A DNA stretch of 64,000 nucleotides from Phoronis australis (lineage: Eukaryota > Animalia > Phoronida). The stretch covers positions 375,129 to 439,128 of the forward strand of contig NMRA01000168.1 in the NCBI GenBank assembly GCA_002633005.1, read 5' to 3'. The translations under genes were made by a program, and so were the position numbers. The first letter of the stretch is position 1. Every line of letters begins with the position of its first letter. Shown here in pieces: positions 10,462 through 22,250 of the stretch. A model generated the notes under the pieces. The model made no database searches. It was not told where the DNA came from and saw nothing but the letters and a program-made list of their open reading frames with translations.

Positions 10462-13400
10462 GGGTTTGCCTGGATTGCCGAGTGCACGAACTTTTACTTA
10501 GGCTACGTGGTGACGAACACGTCAATGTTGCATGCACATGTTATTATATACAAATCGACTATTGTGAACAAAAGCTTGTTAAATAGACATATAAGTATGT
10601 GTGTGTGTGTTAGTGATTTTATGTGTCAATCAAATAGCGATGTTTTGTAGAATGCCGTTTGCGATTTCTAGCCATAACTTAGTTTGGGCTCTAATATTAA
10701 ATTCAGTTTAAAGGAACAATTCTTCTTTATTTTGGTGAATTCTTAACCAAAGCGCTTTGGAGCTTTTAAGGTCACCCGATCTTGGATTGATTTGCAGATG
10801 TATCCTAATACACTTACTTTCATACTGTAGTCTGTGACTTAGTGAAAAACGTACGAGTCCAAGAAATGTACTGTCAAACAACAAGATTATCAGCTTTCCG
10901 TAAATAATGGGAAACTGTTTTGAAAAGACATTTGATTTCGGGTATTCCCGTTGTTTGAGGGTAAATGCTACCTGTTTGAAATCGTTGACTGAGACATTCC
11001 TTCAGTTATTTTGTCTGACGTACACGCATGCAGTTTAAATTCACTGACGAGGTTATCATCGAGGTTTATCATGGAGATAAGTTCGACGCAAGTTATACTA
11101 GGAATATATTTCAACTTCACGACAGCGTTTTTTCCTTCGACGCATGCAACGAAATTTACGCGTACACTGCTCTGGTGCTGGTTCGGAGATGATGCCCAAC
11201 ACTGACAAGAGCGACATCTGTCCGGCTTGTCTACTCACGTAGCTTTCCAGCGCCAACTAAAAGTTAAAGTCAGGGACGTGGTTGTATTGTCTGCTTGCAC
11301 GAAGCCGATTGAGCGCTGGAGGGTGGAACGAGGCTAGGACTAAGTCTAGTAGACTATAAATTCTCTCCCTTACGACACAGGTTTAAAGTAGTTACAGTGA
11401 AAGTTCCTCCAATTTAGGGCACGATATGGAGGGAAAGTAAAATATTACTTTGTTGTTTCTGAACAAAGAAGAAAATTGTTCTGCATATGTTTTTACTAGT
11501 TGTCTTGTACGTGTAGCTGTCACATTAATTCACTTGTCAACTGTTTGGAGCAATGATTAAAAGTGATTTTGCAGTCAAAGCCCCCTTTCTGTTTTTCTAC
11601 TCGGAATCAGTCTTGTAACTTTGTTGGCGGTGTTATGCATGTGGTTCCAACACAGTTGCTTCTGCAACTGTTTATAATCCCCTAATTTTTGATGATTGGC
11701 ATTGGTCTCATTGCACAGTATTGTGTAAACGAACCTTTTCCTAATGTTACAATTCCTGAGTGCGTTGGAGTTAAGGGGCTCACATATGAGTTGTCCGGTG
11801 GCTTCCTAATGGGCCCTGCATTTGATCATTTCCTGGATATCGGCAGGAAATTCTAAAGATGACTTGAAAAACAACGCTTTATTGTACCCAACTTATGCTG
11901 GTGCAATGTCTAGTAAAAACGATCTTATAAGACCCAACCCAATTCGCCAAGACGGTGGTATTTTTGGTGTTGTATATAATCCTTCAAAGTGTTTGTTCTT
12001 CCTCACCTTTTGTTGTCCATAGTTGTGGATCAGACACTACAGAGCAAGCATGGTGGCATGGCCTCTTCATTTTGTTCATCCACTGACCTTAGTGATTGCC
12101 CTCTTAAGAATCAGGGAGCGACAACTGTATGTTCAGGCTCAGCTACACACAATACAACTGATGCAGGATAAAGCGCTGTAGGTGGGCCAGCAAACTGGTA
12201 AAACCATGTTTGACATGAAAAATGTTCTAATTCCATTGACTGACATTACTGACAGTTCTCAGAAGGCTCTGAAAGAGGTATACGCCTATTCAAAACCAGT
12301 GAGACCAGACCAAACAAGAAGCTCTCATGGTGGAGCAGGGGAAACTACTACTTCATCAAGGGACTGGAAACATACCTGTCGAAAGAAAAAAACACACTCA
12401 GATTAGACGTCTAGTTCTCCAAGAAACAGAGCGCAGGCCAGCAAATGTTAATAGTTTTGATTACTTCAACATTACAAATAATCCATTTACATCGTTGGAG
12501 TCACATAATAGTGAATGTAAGTCATCTAAGTTAGTTTGCCTGCGTCAACTCCCCTTTCACATCCGGAGAAAGCATGCAACTCTGGGGATAATGAAAGAGA
12601 ACAATGTCATGAATCTGCTACCCGATAGTTAAGCAGACAAATCTCAAAAATGGACAGTGTGCTGGTATAGTGTCGGTCATAGTACCCCGTATCATTCAAT
12701 GGGCTCTATGAAGAAAAGTTTTCCGAGACCACTTGTTGGATGTTACAAATAAAGTCATTTGAACCAGGGTTTGGAATAATTCAGAGTTAACAACCCTAGT
12801 GCACTTGTTCTTTTTAGAACTGTAAAATTGTGCGGCATTGAAGAATCGGACATACAATGTTTGAAGCTAATGTTTATTTATCTCAAAAAACTGGTCACTG
12901 AATCTGTTTAAAATATCAGCACTTCTGTTTAAGTCCATGACGAAAAGTTTATTCAGTCTTGTCTCGATAATACCGGAAAGTTGAATGCAGGGTCTTCAAT
13001 CACGTACTATATTTATGATTTGAACCCAGCAGCGCAGACCAAAAGTCGTTGGTACGAACGTATCACACTAGCCCTGGAATGCCAACTCCTGCACGTGACT
13101 ATTGTATTTCATTATTTTGCGACCCCGAGACTAGGCCATAGTCCATTCTACTCTAGGGAAGCCTAGAAAATCACTTCCGTGGCTACTTTTTTGGGGCAAG
13201 ATAATTTAGGTGTTTTTAAGGTCATTGAGTACTATACGGTTTTAGACAACTAGCGATTTCCCAGCAAAATTAGTCAACAAACCAAGCAATTACATTGGCC
13301 ATTCTTTACGGCCGGATACCGGGAATAGTCTAGTCTCGGATATCTTTTCATTTCCAGTCTTAGATCCACTCTCGACAACCTATCTAAGTACCTGCTAGGA

Positions 13401-14936
13401 GTTTTTCAACAAGACAATTTTGGGTGTTAAAATCATGTTACACTATTTTACGGAAAGAAGTGACTTGGTTTCTGAGTGTTTGTTCTTCAACTATAAATAA
13501 AAAGTTTAGACCCTACTAACAGATGTGTTTAGGTAACTTTCGAAATACTACTCGTATTTGTGTGTGCGTGTGTGTGTGCGTTTGTATAAATTATTACAGT
13601 TTTCATTTGTGCAAAGTTTGCCTGTTGCCCAAATTCTATACCCGTGAAATAAAATTTAAAAATAAAAAGTTTACCTTGTACAAATGCAATCCAATTCCTT
13701 GTGTTGCTGACAGCGTACATTGTACTTGCCAACTGTCCCACTCTTGCCGGACTATCCTACTTTTTGAATTTTTACAGCCATCCCGTCACACCATCTAGAA
13801 GTCCCGTTTTTTGACACACGACGACAATGACATGTTATCATATACTTCTGTAATTTCTCACGCGACATAGCAGTGTTTTCTAAATCGACTGAAATGAAGA
13901 AACGGACGTTTCATATGTTTCTGAAGCACCCGCAATTGCCTATTCGACTTAAAGAAAGACACTGTCGTGCCTTTTTGGGTGTAACGTCTCCCGTTTTTGT
14001 GTGTTGCTGCGATCATTTCGCCCTTGCGTTTTGTCATAGAGACCCAGATGCCCGGAAGTCCTGCTTCTCAATCCAGTTGTCCTGTTTTTTCATTCTCGAA
14101 TGTTGACAACTAAGGAACAAGTGTTTATTTGCTCTTTGTCATGAATATTGTTATTTTCCAGAGACCACTTTCTTTAGTAACATAAAAGTCGTAAAAATGT
14201 ATTCCAATGTCTCTTGTTTACTAACACACACTGCATGTATATCAGGATCACTAATTTTTACTTTCTGAAGAAATGAGTTTATTCACAAACTACTATGGAA
14301 AGTCCTGCACTGCAGCCTAGGTAATGATCTATTCACAGTATATTTCAAACCTACACAATAGATGTTCGATCAGAAAGTCTTTAAAATCTGCAAATCTCGG
14401 ATAGTTAGAGTAGCTAGTTAATCACATTTTTGTAAAGGCCACTGCATCCTTGATTTTACTGAAGAACTGTATGAAACAGCACCAAAGGTCCAATTAATAT
14501 ATAAAGATAAATAATTTTGGATAAATGCCTGATTATATTCTTCACAACAACTGTGAGGGATCCATACTCTAAAATCTTTGTCTTAGAAGGCAGAAATCTT
14601 TTGAATCATTAAAATTATTTCTTTACTGGTTCAATTAGTAACCTCTTTGGTTCATTTCCTGTTATATGTTACTATTACACCCAGTGTTATTTTTCGCAGT
14701 TTTTTACCAAAAATATTTTTAAACCTGTCAGATACTTGAAATGATGATTATTTATGAATTAAATTATGTATCGTTTGCTTTTACTATAACCATACACCAT
14801 CATGAATTGACGAAGGGCTTTCTAATGATTTGACTCTTATGCAATTCTGTTGAAAAACGGTGGAGTTGCGAAAAGTTTTAGTGACAATAAATTCCATAGG
14901 AATGTCCAACACCATGGCCAGGTCTCTAATCCTTTT

Positions 14937-15287
14937 ACTCGAAATGGAACTCGAAATTACGTTTGGCATTTTTACAGTACTTTTGTGCGAACTCAAGATA
15001 ACTATCTATTATACTATGCTCGAGTACATAATGACTTTCGTGGATAATTTATTAGTCCTAGTTTGCAGTTGATAAACCCAATATTAAGGCTAAAAGTTCG
15101 AGTTTGAACTCGAAATTTCGAGTTTTTACTCTAGTTTGTAGCACTGGGTGTTCAAGTGCAAACTTGGACTAGAAACTCATACGCACAAACTACAATGTAT
15201 TCGAGCACAGTATGATGACCACTTATCTTGAGTTCGCACAAAAGGAGTAGAGACATTGCCAAAAATAATTTCGAGTTCGTTTCGAGT
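14937..15287. repeat. Long imperfect inverted repeat (~140-bp arms, ~65-bp spacer)
   Basis: ACTCGAAATGGAACTCGAAATTA...TTTTGTGCGAACTCAAGATAA...CTAGTTTGCAGTTGA is mirrored by TCAAGTGCAAACTTGG...TTATCTTGAGTTCGCACAAAAG...TAATTTCGAGTTCGTTTCGAGT. Confidence 0.8.
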
Positions 15288-16257
15288 TCAAAGATTAGAC
15301 TGGGCCCAGAAAAAACGAATGCAAGAAAATGCAACGGATGCACGGCGCAACCTGATTAATGAGGCACTGAACAGTTCTCACAGGGGTTTGCTTGTCAGAA
15401 CACACGTCGACACTTCACCCTTTGTTCACTCTGTCAAAAACTGCATGCAAATAAAGAAAAGTTTTGAGTCATTTCACATCACAACCCTACAGATTAGCAC
15501 AGAAACTTTATTCTCTCTTGTATTTTTGACCCTTTCACTCCCAGAGGAAACCAAGTCAGACTAAGAAAAATAAGGGCAAAAAATGCAAAATCGGCACTTT
15601 TCACCCCAAAACCACCACTTCCTTGCCGATGCTCGACTAAAGCCAACATTAGATTCCGAAAGCAAATTTCCTATCGATTCCAAAAATGTGGTCCAAAAGT
15701 ACTGTCAACATACTAGTTCTTTTTGCAAATCTGGCTTGTTTGAGGGCTACCTGAAATCGCGACCAATTTCTCAGTTGCTACACAGCAATGCACAATTGCA
15801 ACAGGGGGAGCCACCATCTTGAAGAAGAGTGTAGCTACAGCCGAGAAAGTGGCCTTTTTCATTCTCAGCATGTTCACAAATACAAACAAACCACATTCAC
15901 TGAGCCTACCTGCAGTGCCTACTGACAAAATGTCCCCAAACTTAGCAAATCGGTTCAAATCGGCCGCGGCCAGTGCCACCTCAGCGAGATCGGAGTTGGC
16001 ATTTCACGATTAGAGCCCTGTGGTAAGAGTAGCACCAGAACAGCCTTTTTATCGATATTGGATAATGCCTAGCCAGAGAGATTTCTTTTTGCAATTCTTT
16101 GTGTTGAGTTCCTTTCATAGAGGAACAAGGGTGGCGGAGAAACTGGTTATCCTAGAAGTCAATGGGACACATTCTGGGTGCGAAAAGTAATTTCATAGAA
16201 CTTAGGCTTAGCAGTAGTGCAGAATCAAATCCACTCATTCCGCTATAGCTGCCGAAC

Positions 16258-17530
16258 CACTGGCGTAGCGATACTTTTAGGGCCCGGGACAACAATACCA
16301 AAATGCGCCCTCTGGTAAGTCTTTACAAGTTTCGAATAAGAAGTACATATATAGGCTATAAAATAAACATTTAATTGTAATAAAACCTCTAAAACATTAA
16401 CATAATTCACAACAATGACGTAAAACGTTTACTGAGCGGTCCATATAAAATGTTCAAAAGCGAGCATTTCCCTATGCGAATTCATCGATGTCTCCAAACT
16501 AAATGCAATCAAATGGTTCTTTCTCAACTGTCGGTATTACAAGGCTTGTCAAGTGATCTTGACTCACGGTTTTCCTTAGTTAACTTTTAACTATATCCAA
16601 CTTGCCTTTCACAAGTTGCTATAGAAATAGGCATGATCAACAACATCTGCAAAAACGTTCTCAGGTTTAGAAACAAACCCTCTCCATATTGTATGGTTGC
16701 CTTGCGAAACTCTTCTGGTTTTGAACACATTTCTGTGTCCTGGAGTTTTTGGAAGATCACTCAGCTGTCGATAATTTCTTCATGAAGTGAGTTACCGTTG
16801 CTTCACTCTTCAAATGCGGCACCAAAATCGGCACAACCTCGCAGCAGTTTCATGGTGGCAAATTTCAGTGACTGAACGGAAAGGGAGCTGAACAGAGAGT
16901 GCATTGCTTGGATGCGGTTACTGCGTCCTTGAGATTCAGTTGCCAACGTGTCTACCACAAGTTTCATCACTTTAACGATTTTATGGATAGTCCCACATCT
17001 ATTGCTTCCTCACGAGGCATGTCTCGCTCTCATCCCACACGTCGCTCTGAGGAAACTGAGGCACCTTCAACCGCTCTTGAAGAGAAATTTCACATAGAGC
17101 GCGCTGCCGATTAATGAACTGTTGATGCAATGAGTCCAAACCACCAGCTGCTTCTAGGAGATTCTTGTTTGAGGATTGCAGCCGTTTCTGAACAACATTG
17201 ATATGGTAAAGTGTTTGTCTCTAGAATTCCACCAAGCACACAAAATCAAACGTACGGCGACACATCAAAAAGTTGCCAGTTTTAATCCGTCATTCATGGA
17301 CTGAAGAAGTTGAATAAGGACTCCAAATGAAGTCACAATGGTCTGCACAGCCGCTTCTGCCCGATTCTTTCATTACTGTCAGTTACAGATTTCCAAAGGA
17401 ATCTCTTGCCACCGGTTTGTTGACCGTGAGAAGAAGAAACCTGCACCGTTTCAAGGAGTGATAATATTTGAATCAACTGACGCGGTTCGTCTTGCGGAGT
17501 CTTGTCTGTAACCCATTTTGGCATTGTTTT
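16258..17530 (-). mobile_element. Decayed hAT transposon (ZMYM1-like dimerization domain remnant)
   Basis: The minus strand at ~16460-16680 reads LNLRTFLQMLLIMPISIATCER...KLDIVKS*LRKTVSQDHLTSLVIPTVEK...DIDEFA*GNAR, the hAT C-terminal pattern. CACTGGCGTAGC terminus at 16258. Confidence 0.65.
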
Positions 17531-17716
17531 TCCAAGGACATTTTCTAGTTCAGTTGTTGACCCAATGTAATTTCCCATAGTCATAGTGAAGTCCGGGCAA
17601 GAGTTAGAACCAGGTTAGCGGAACCTCCTGGGCTACCTCAGCATATGTCACACTTTCCCGGCGGCCCCTATTGGCGATCTGTAAAAAAATCATTAACACT
17701 CTGCTCGGTCTAGTTA

Positions 17717-18316
17717 CTCGCTGGTCCCCTACGTGCCTAGCCAGGACGCAGGTATCACGCAGTGGCACGCGCTTTAGCACTGGTTGACGTAACCTCAGCA
17801 GTCATTGGATAGCTTTACAACACCGTGAAAAAATGGCGAACTGTGAACGATTTTTAGCCTTATCATGCAAGTGGCGTCGCAGCAACAATTTCGTTTCTGC
17901 AGTGATGTTTAATATAAGCCGCGTGCTTGAAGCACATACATGTACAATCATAAACACGTACCTGTCTGGCCGATTTAACCGGTGTGTTATTCATGCCAGT
18001 ATCGTAAACAAAAGTCATCGACAGTAGAAAGATGCATTCCGAAAAGGCTCAACCAAAAATTCTAGGATTCACATTTCCTGAACATAAATTTTAAGCACCG
18101 ATTTGTCTGTACAACAGACCTCATTTTACACTTCAGTCCATCAGTCATGCCAGCATAGACTGTAGAGTATATCTATGATGCCAGTTTGTGTGCGTAATGC
18201 GCTGCTTGTTGAGAATTCGATTAGCCAATCAGAAACGCCGGTGTAAAAAAATTCCATAAATTAAGTGATACCTGCGTGCTGGCTACTGACCTAGCGGCAC
18301 GCAGGGAACCAGCGAG
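17717..18316. mobile_element. MITE with ~50-bp TIRs and a ~10-bp flanking direct repeat
   Basis: TIRs CTCGCTGGTCCCCTACGTGCCTAGCCAGGACGCAGGTATCAC and GTGATACCTGCGTGCTGGCTA...GGCACGCAGGGAACCAGCGAG. Flanks GGTCTAGTTA (17707-17716) and GGTCTAGTCA (18317-18326). Confidence 0.75.
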
Positions 18317-18559
18317 GGTCTAGTCAAGGCTAATTGTAAAGGAAGCGCCACCTCGCAATTCTTTGTCAATCGATTGTTGTACTCCGGTCGTTGATACCGT
18401 ATTTGCATATTTATACGTATTGCAGAGCTCTCACTGTTATTCAGTCGTGCCTAGGTAAATTTCCGCAGGCACTCGGTGAGAGGGGCACTCGAGCTAAGGC
18501 GTCGTATTGTGTGGGCGTGATTAAGGTAATGTGTTTCACAATTTGTGTCTTCTTGACAA

Positions 18560-18705
18560 TGTTGTAGACGTGTTTCCGGTGAATCTTTATATGAGCCTCT
18601 GTTAGCCACTCGCTTACGGGCAATATTGCTTATTAGCTGAATGGTTAGCACGCTTGTTTTATGGGGGTTCGATTCCCGAGTCGGGTGATTTCGGCTATTA
18701 CTACA
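18560..18705 (+). mobile_element. Solo LTR containing a tRNA-like sequence (Helenus/TRIM-like), copy 1
   Basis: TGTTGTAG...TTACTACA termini (TG..CA) and a 4-bp TSD ACAA (18556-18559, 18706-18709). Internal A-box-like TAGCTGAATGG and B-box-like GGTTCGATTCC. Confidence 0.8.
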
Positions 18706-19618
18706 ACAACTTTATTTGTAACTGTAAGTGTGTCACTACAGTGAGGCTGGACAGTACCCTGCCTCTACTGCAGCCGCAGAGACGGTGGCCATCCCATAGG
18801 CGCTCCGCCGGGCCATATGCTCTAAGCTTTTCGGTGAATTATGCCTCACATTCATTAAACCATCAAATCATGTTATTACATAAGTACCTTTTGCAGAAAA
18901 GAGGGACATCTTAGGAGGCCGTTGATGTCTTAAATTCCTTCCAACTCGAAGAAATAGTCCCGTAATCAAACCTTTTTCCAACAATCTTTCGTTCAGTTGC
19001 CCAAATCGGCAACGGGCCATTTTTACATTGCTCGCGCCAGATGCTGTAGTGGTAAAATTAGAGGCAAGTAGGCTCCCAAAGCCCTGCCTATCGCCTAAAG
19101 CTCTGAATTTAAAGTCCATTGAACTCCAAAAAAACCCGACTCACAAACATATAGGCCTATTTTCGACTCACGAGTGAGTGTTTGCTTCGAGTCTGCTGTG
19201 GCGGATCTAGGAAGCCGCAGAAAGGGGGCTCAAGCACATATTTTTGAAGGCAGAGGTCCTCGTGCATTCCATTCGGTCTCTGAATAGAGCGGCCCTAACA
19301 CAATTATAAAGGACAATAGACCCATAATGCTCAGAAATGATACGCTGGTGGGGTTTTTAGTCCCCCGTTGTGTGTGTCCTGCGGGCCCCCTTTATCCGCC
19401 AATGGTATTACACCGTAATTGTTACTTTATCTTGAAATATTAATCTAAAATTCCATAACTCAGTGAACATATGTTACTCTGCACGCTTCAAAGAGTAATT
19501 ACACAAACAGGATGTTACACAAGCACTGACGTTTTATTTATTGCACAGACGTGCTGGCCGCTACATTTATACAATGTAAGAACTCCAAGTAGGACTTTCT
19601 TGCAAGCAGCTGTTTCAT

Positions 19619-21242
19619 TTTTATGCGCCCACATATTTATATGTGGATGCATTATGCCGTCACCACAGTCCGTCCGTCCGTCCGTCCGTCCGTCCGTCCG
19701 TCCTTCCGTCTGTTCGTCCTGGCGGCGTCCGTCCGGCGTCCGCTGCTCTATCTCCAAAACCCTTTGACATACATTCTTGAAATTTACCACATATGTTCCA
19801 TTCATGAATGGGATAGCATGAGCGATTTTTCGGACGGATCTGACTACCGGTGTGCCCCCTAGTGGCAATTTAATTTTTTACGCTTACCTTTGTATCTTCA
19901 AAAGTCCTAAGCGGATTTTCATGAAATTTGGTATGTAGGCACCTATTAGTGAGATGACGCTATCCTCCCATTTTCGGATGAATTCGACGTAGTCTGCGCT
20001 ACCTAGTGGCCATTTTTACTGTTTTTTTTGCGTCTACCCCTCTATCAACCAAACCGCTCAACGGATGATTGTGAAAATTGGCATGTATGTGCTTACTATA
20101 AAGAGGACGGTTGACGATGATTTTCCGACGATTTCGACTACTGTGGTGCCTCCTAGTGACAGTTTTGTTTTTGTTGCGCCTATGGTTGTATCTCCTAAAC
20201 CGTTCGCAGGATCTTTACGAAATTTAGTATGTGTATTTATATGGTGTTAACAATGGACGACGACGACTTTTGGACAGATCCGACTACCGGTGTGCCCCCT
20301 AGTGGCAATTTAATTTTTTACGCTTACCTTTGTATCTTCAAAAGTCCTTAACGGATTGTCATGAAATTTAATATGTAGGCACCTATTAGTGAGGAGACGC
20401 TATCCTTACGTTTTCGGATGGATTCGACGTAGTTTGCGCCACCTAGTGGCCATTTTTACTGTTTTCGAGTCTGTTTTCCGACGGTTTCGACTACTGTGGC
20501 GCCTCCTATGGCTGTATCTCCTAAACCGTTCGCAGGATCTTTACTTAATTTAGCAAGTGTATTTATATGATGTTGACCACGGATGACGACGACTTTTGGA
20601 CAGATCTGACTACTGCTGTGCCCCTTAGTGGCAATTTTAATTTTTTACGTTTAACTCAGTATCTTCAAAGGTCCTCAACAGATTTTCATAAAATTTTAAA
20701 TATAGGCATCTATTGGTGTGATGACGCTATTTTTCTGTTTTTGGATGGAATCGAGGTATTTTGCACCACCTAGTGGCCATTTTTTGCTGTTTTCAAATCT
20801 TGTTCTTGGTGTCCACCCCTGTATAAACCAAATCATTTGAAAATTGGCATATATTTTCTCAGTGTGAAGATGACCTTTGATGATGGTGACTGACTACTGT
20901 GGCGCCTCCTAGTGGTAGTTTTGTTTCGCGCCCATAGTTGTATCTCCTAATCCCACTGCAGGATCTTTACTAAATTTAGTAAGGGTATTTATATGAAGAT
21001 AACAACAGATGACGACGACTTTCAGGCGGATCCAACGGACACTGTGGCAATTTCATTGTATTCCGTTTTCTTTTGTTTCTCTGAACTTCCTTGACAGATT
21101 TTTATGAAATATGCCATGTTCCTGTTATGGGATGGATTGTATGTTTTTGCGCTATCTAGTGGCCATTTTTATGATACAAATAAATAACCCTAAAAGCACA
21201 CCATTAGCAGTGCATTCGTGGGCGCTCCACGTTGCTCTTGTT
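19619..21242 (+). mobile_element. Helentron-associated non-autonomous element (HINE/DINE-1-like) with internal tandem array, copy A
   Basis: 5' hairpin subTIR ATGCGCCCACATATTTATATGTGGATGCAT, (GTCC)n microsatellite, ~146-bp monomers in ~440-bp higher-order units, 3' subTIR GTGGGCGC plus CGTTGCTCTTGTT end, T-rich insertion site. Confidence 0.82.
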
Positions 21243-21299
21243 TATTTAGTTTTAAAGTTAGTAAAATACCAGGTACTCAGTAGTGACCTGTCCAAAGAT

Positions 21300-22250
21300 A
21301 AGGTGTTTAATTACAGAATCCTCCACAATTTTTTTGTCGGCAGTCTTGTCCTTCTCCATGATCTGAACTGATAACTATCAGCAGTTCTGTGTTGTCGAAT
21401 CCAAGTTTCGGCATAAGGTTGTAGGTGAAAAGCGGGAGATCATTGGTCTTGCCAAGCAACAAGCTGAAGGTGGTTTCTAATAGCACACAAGAGTGAGCCT
21501 CTGTTACAATCCGATTCATTTCGCTGAATCCTCGCTCTCATTCAGCTGTTCTGCAAGGAAGAGTCTTATGCAGAGGTCCAAATGTAGCAGAGTACTTGGT
21601 AGGTTGTCTACTCTAACCGTCTCCTGCATTGCTACGAACTCACGCATTCCATTAATTGCCGTTGTGGCAACCAGCCCAAACCTCTCGCGAACTCCCCTGA
21701 CTTCGTGCTCGCCATGTCTTATCCCAGATCCCTATCAGCCGCGTTTAGGGGTCGAAGATGCTCAGAAAACAGCAATTGAAAATGACTGCTCATCATCGTC
21801 AAGTGAACGATTCTCCAAGTTCACAACAACATTTTGAATAACTGTCCAGGACGAATGGTCACGGTTGTTTCTGTAAGTGTTTCCTTAATTTCCATTGACC
21901 CAAGCCTCTTCTCTTGAGGGCATGCCAGTGCAGTGGCGAATTCCTGCGCGATATTATCAACCACAGACTAAGGACAAGAAACAATCGGACGAATAACTTT
22001 TCTGCTTGTAGCATAGTTGTGCTTCTGCATTGTAGATCCACAAACAGGCTTGACAACTCTTCCGGCACATCGTACATCAGCGCAAGATTCCGAATGAACG
22101 TGGGACTTTCCAAGTATCGCAGTTTTTCCAACAACATGCTCCGATCTCACGAATCAGGGTTTCTGTATTCACTGGCTAACTCGAAATGTTGACGTAGTGC
22201 GTGCAACGAAGTGGAGTTGATTACTTTTGATGACTTACAGTACACCTGAG
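21300..22250 (-). pseudogene. Decayed hAT transposase fragment
   Basis: Minus strand: ...FIRNLALMYDVPEELSSLFVDLQCRSTTM... and TLPCRTAE*ERGFSEMNRIVTEAHSCV (hAT dimerization motif P.S.A.CERGFS.MN). Multiple stops. Confidence 0.65.

Noticed and set aside
10707-12815. Possible Kolobok-like element with a degraded ORF
   Set aside because: Only a ~9-bp terminal match and unassignable peptide fragments; not enough support.
19836-21165. CRISPR-like array (conserved motif at regular spacing)
   Set aside because: Eukaryotic context, spacers homologous to each other, no cas genes. Explained by the HINE internal tandem repeats.
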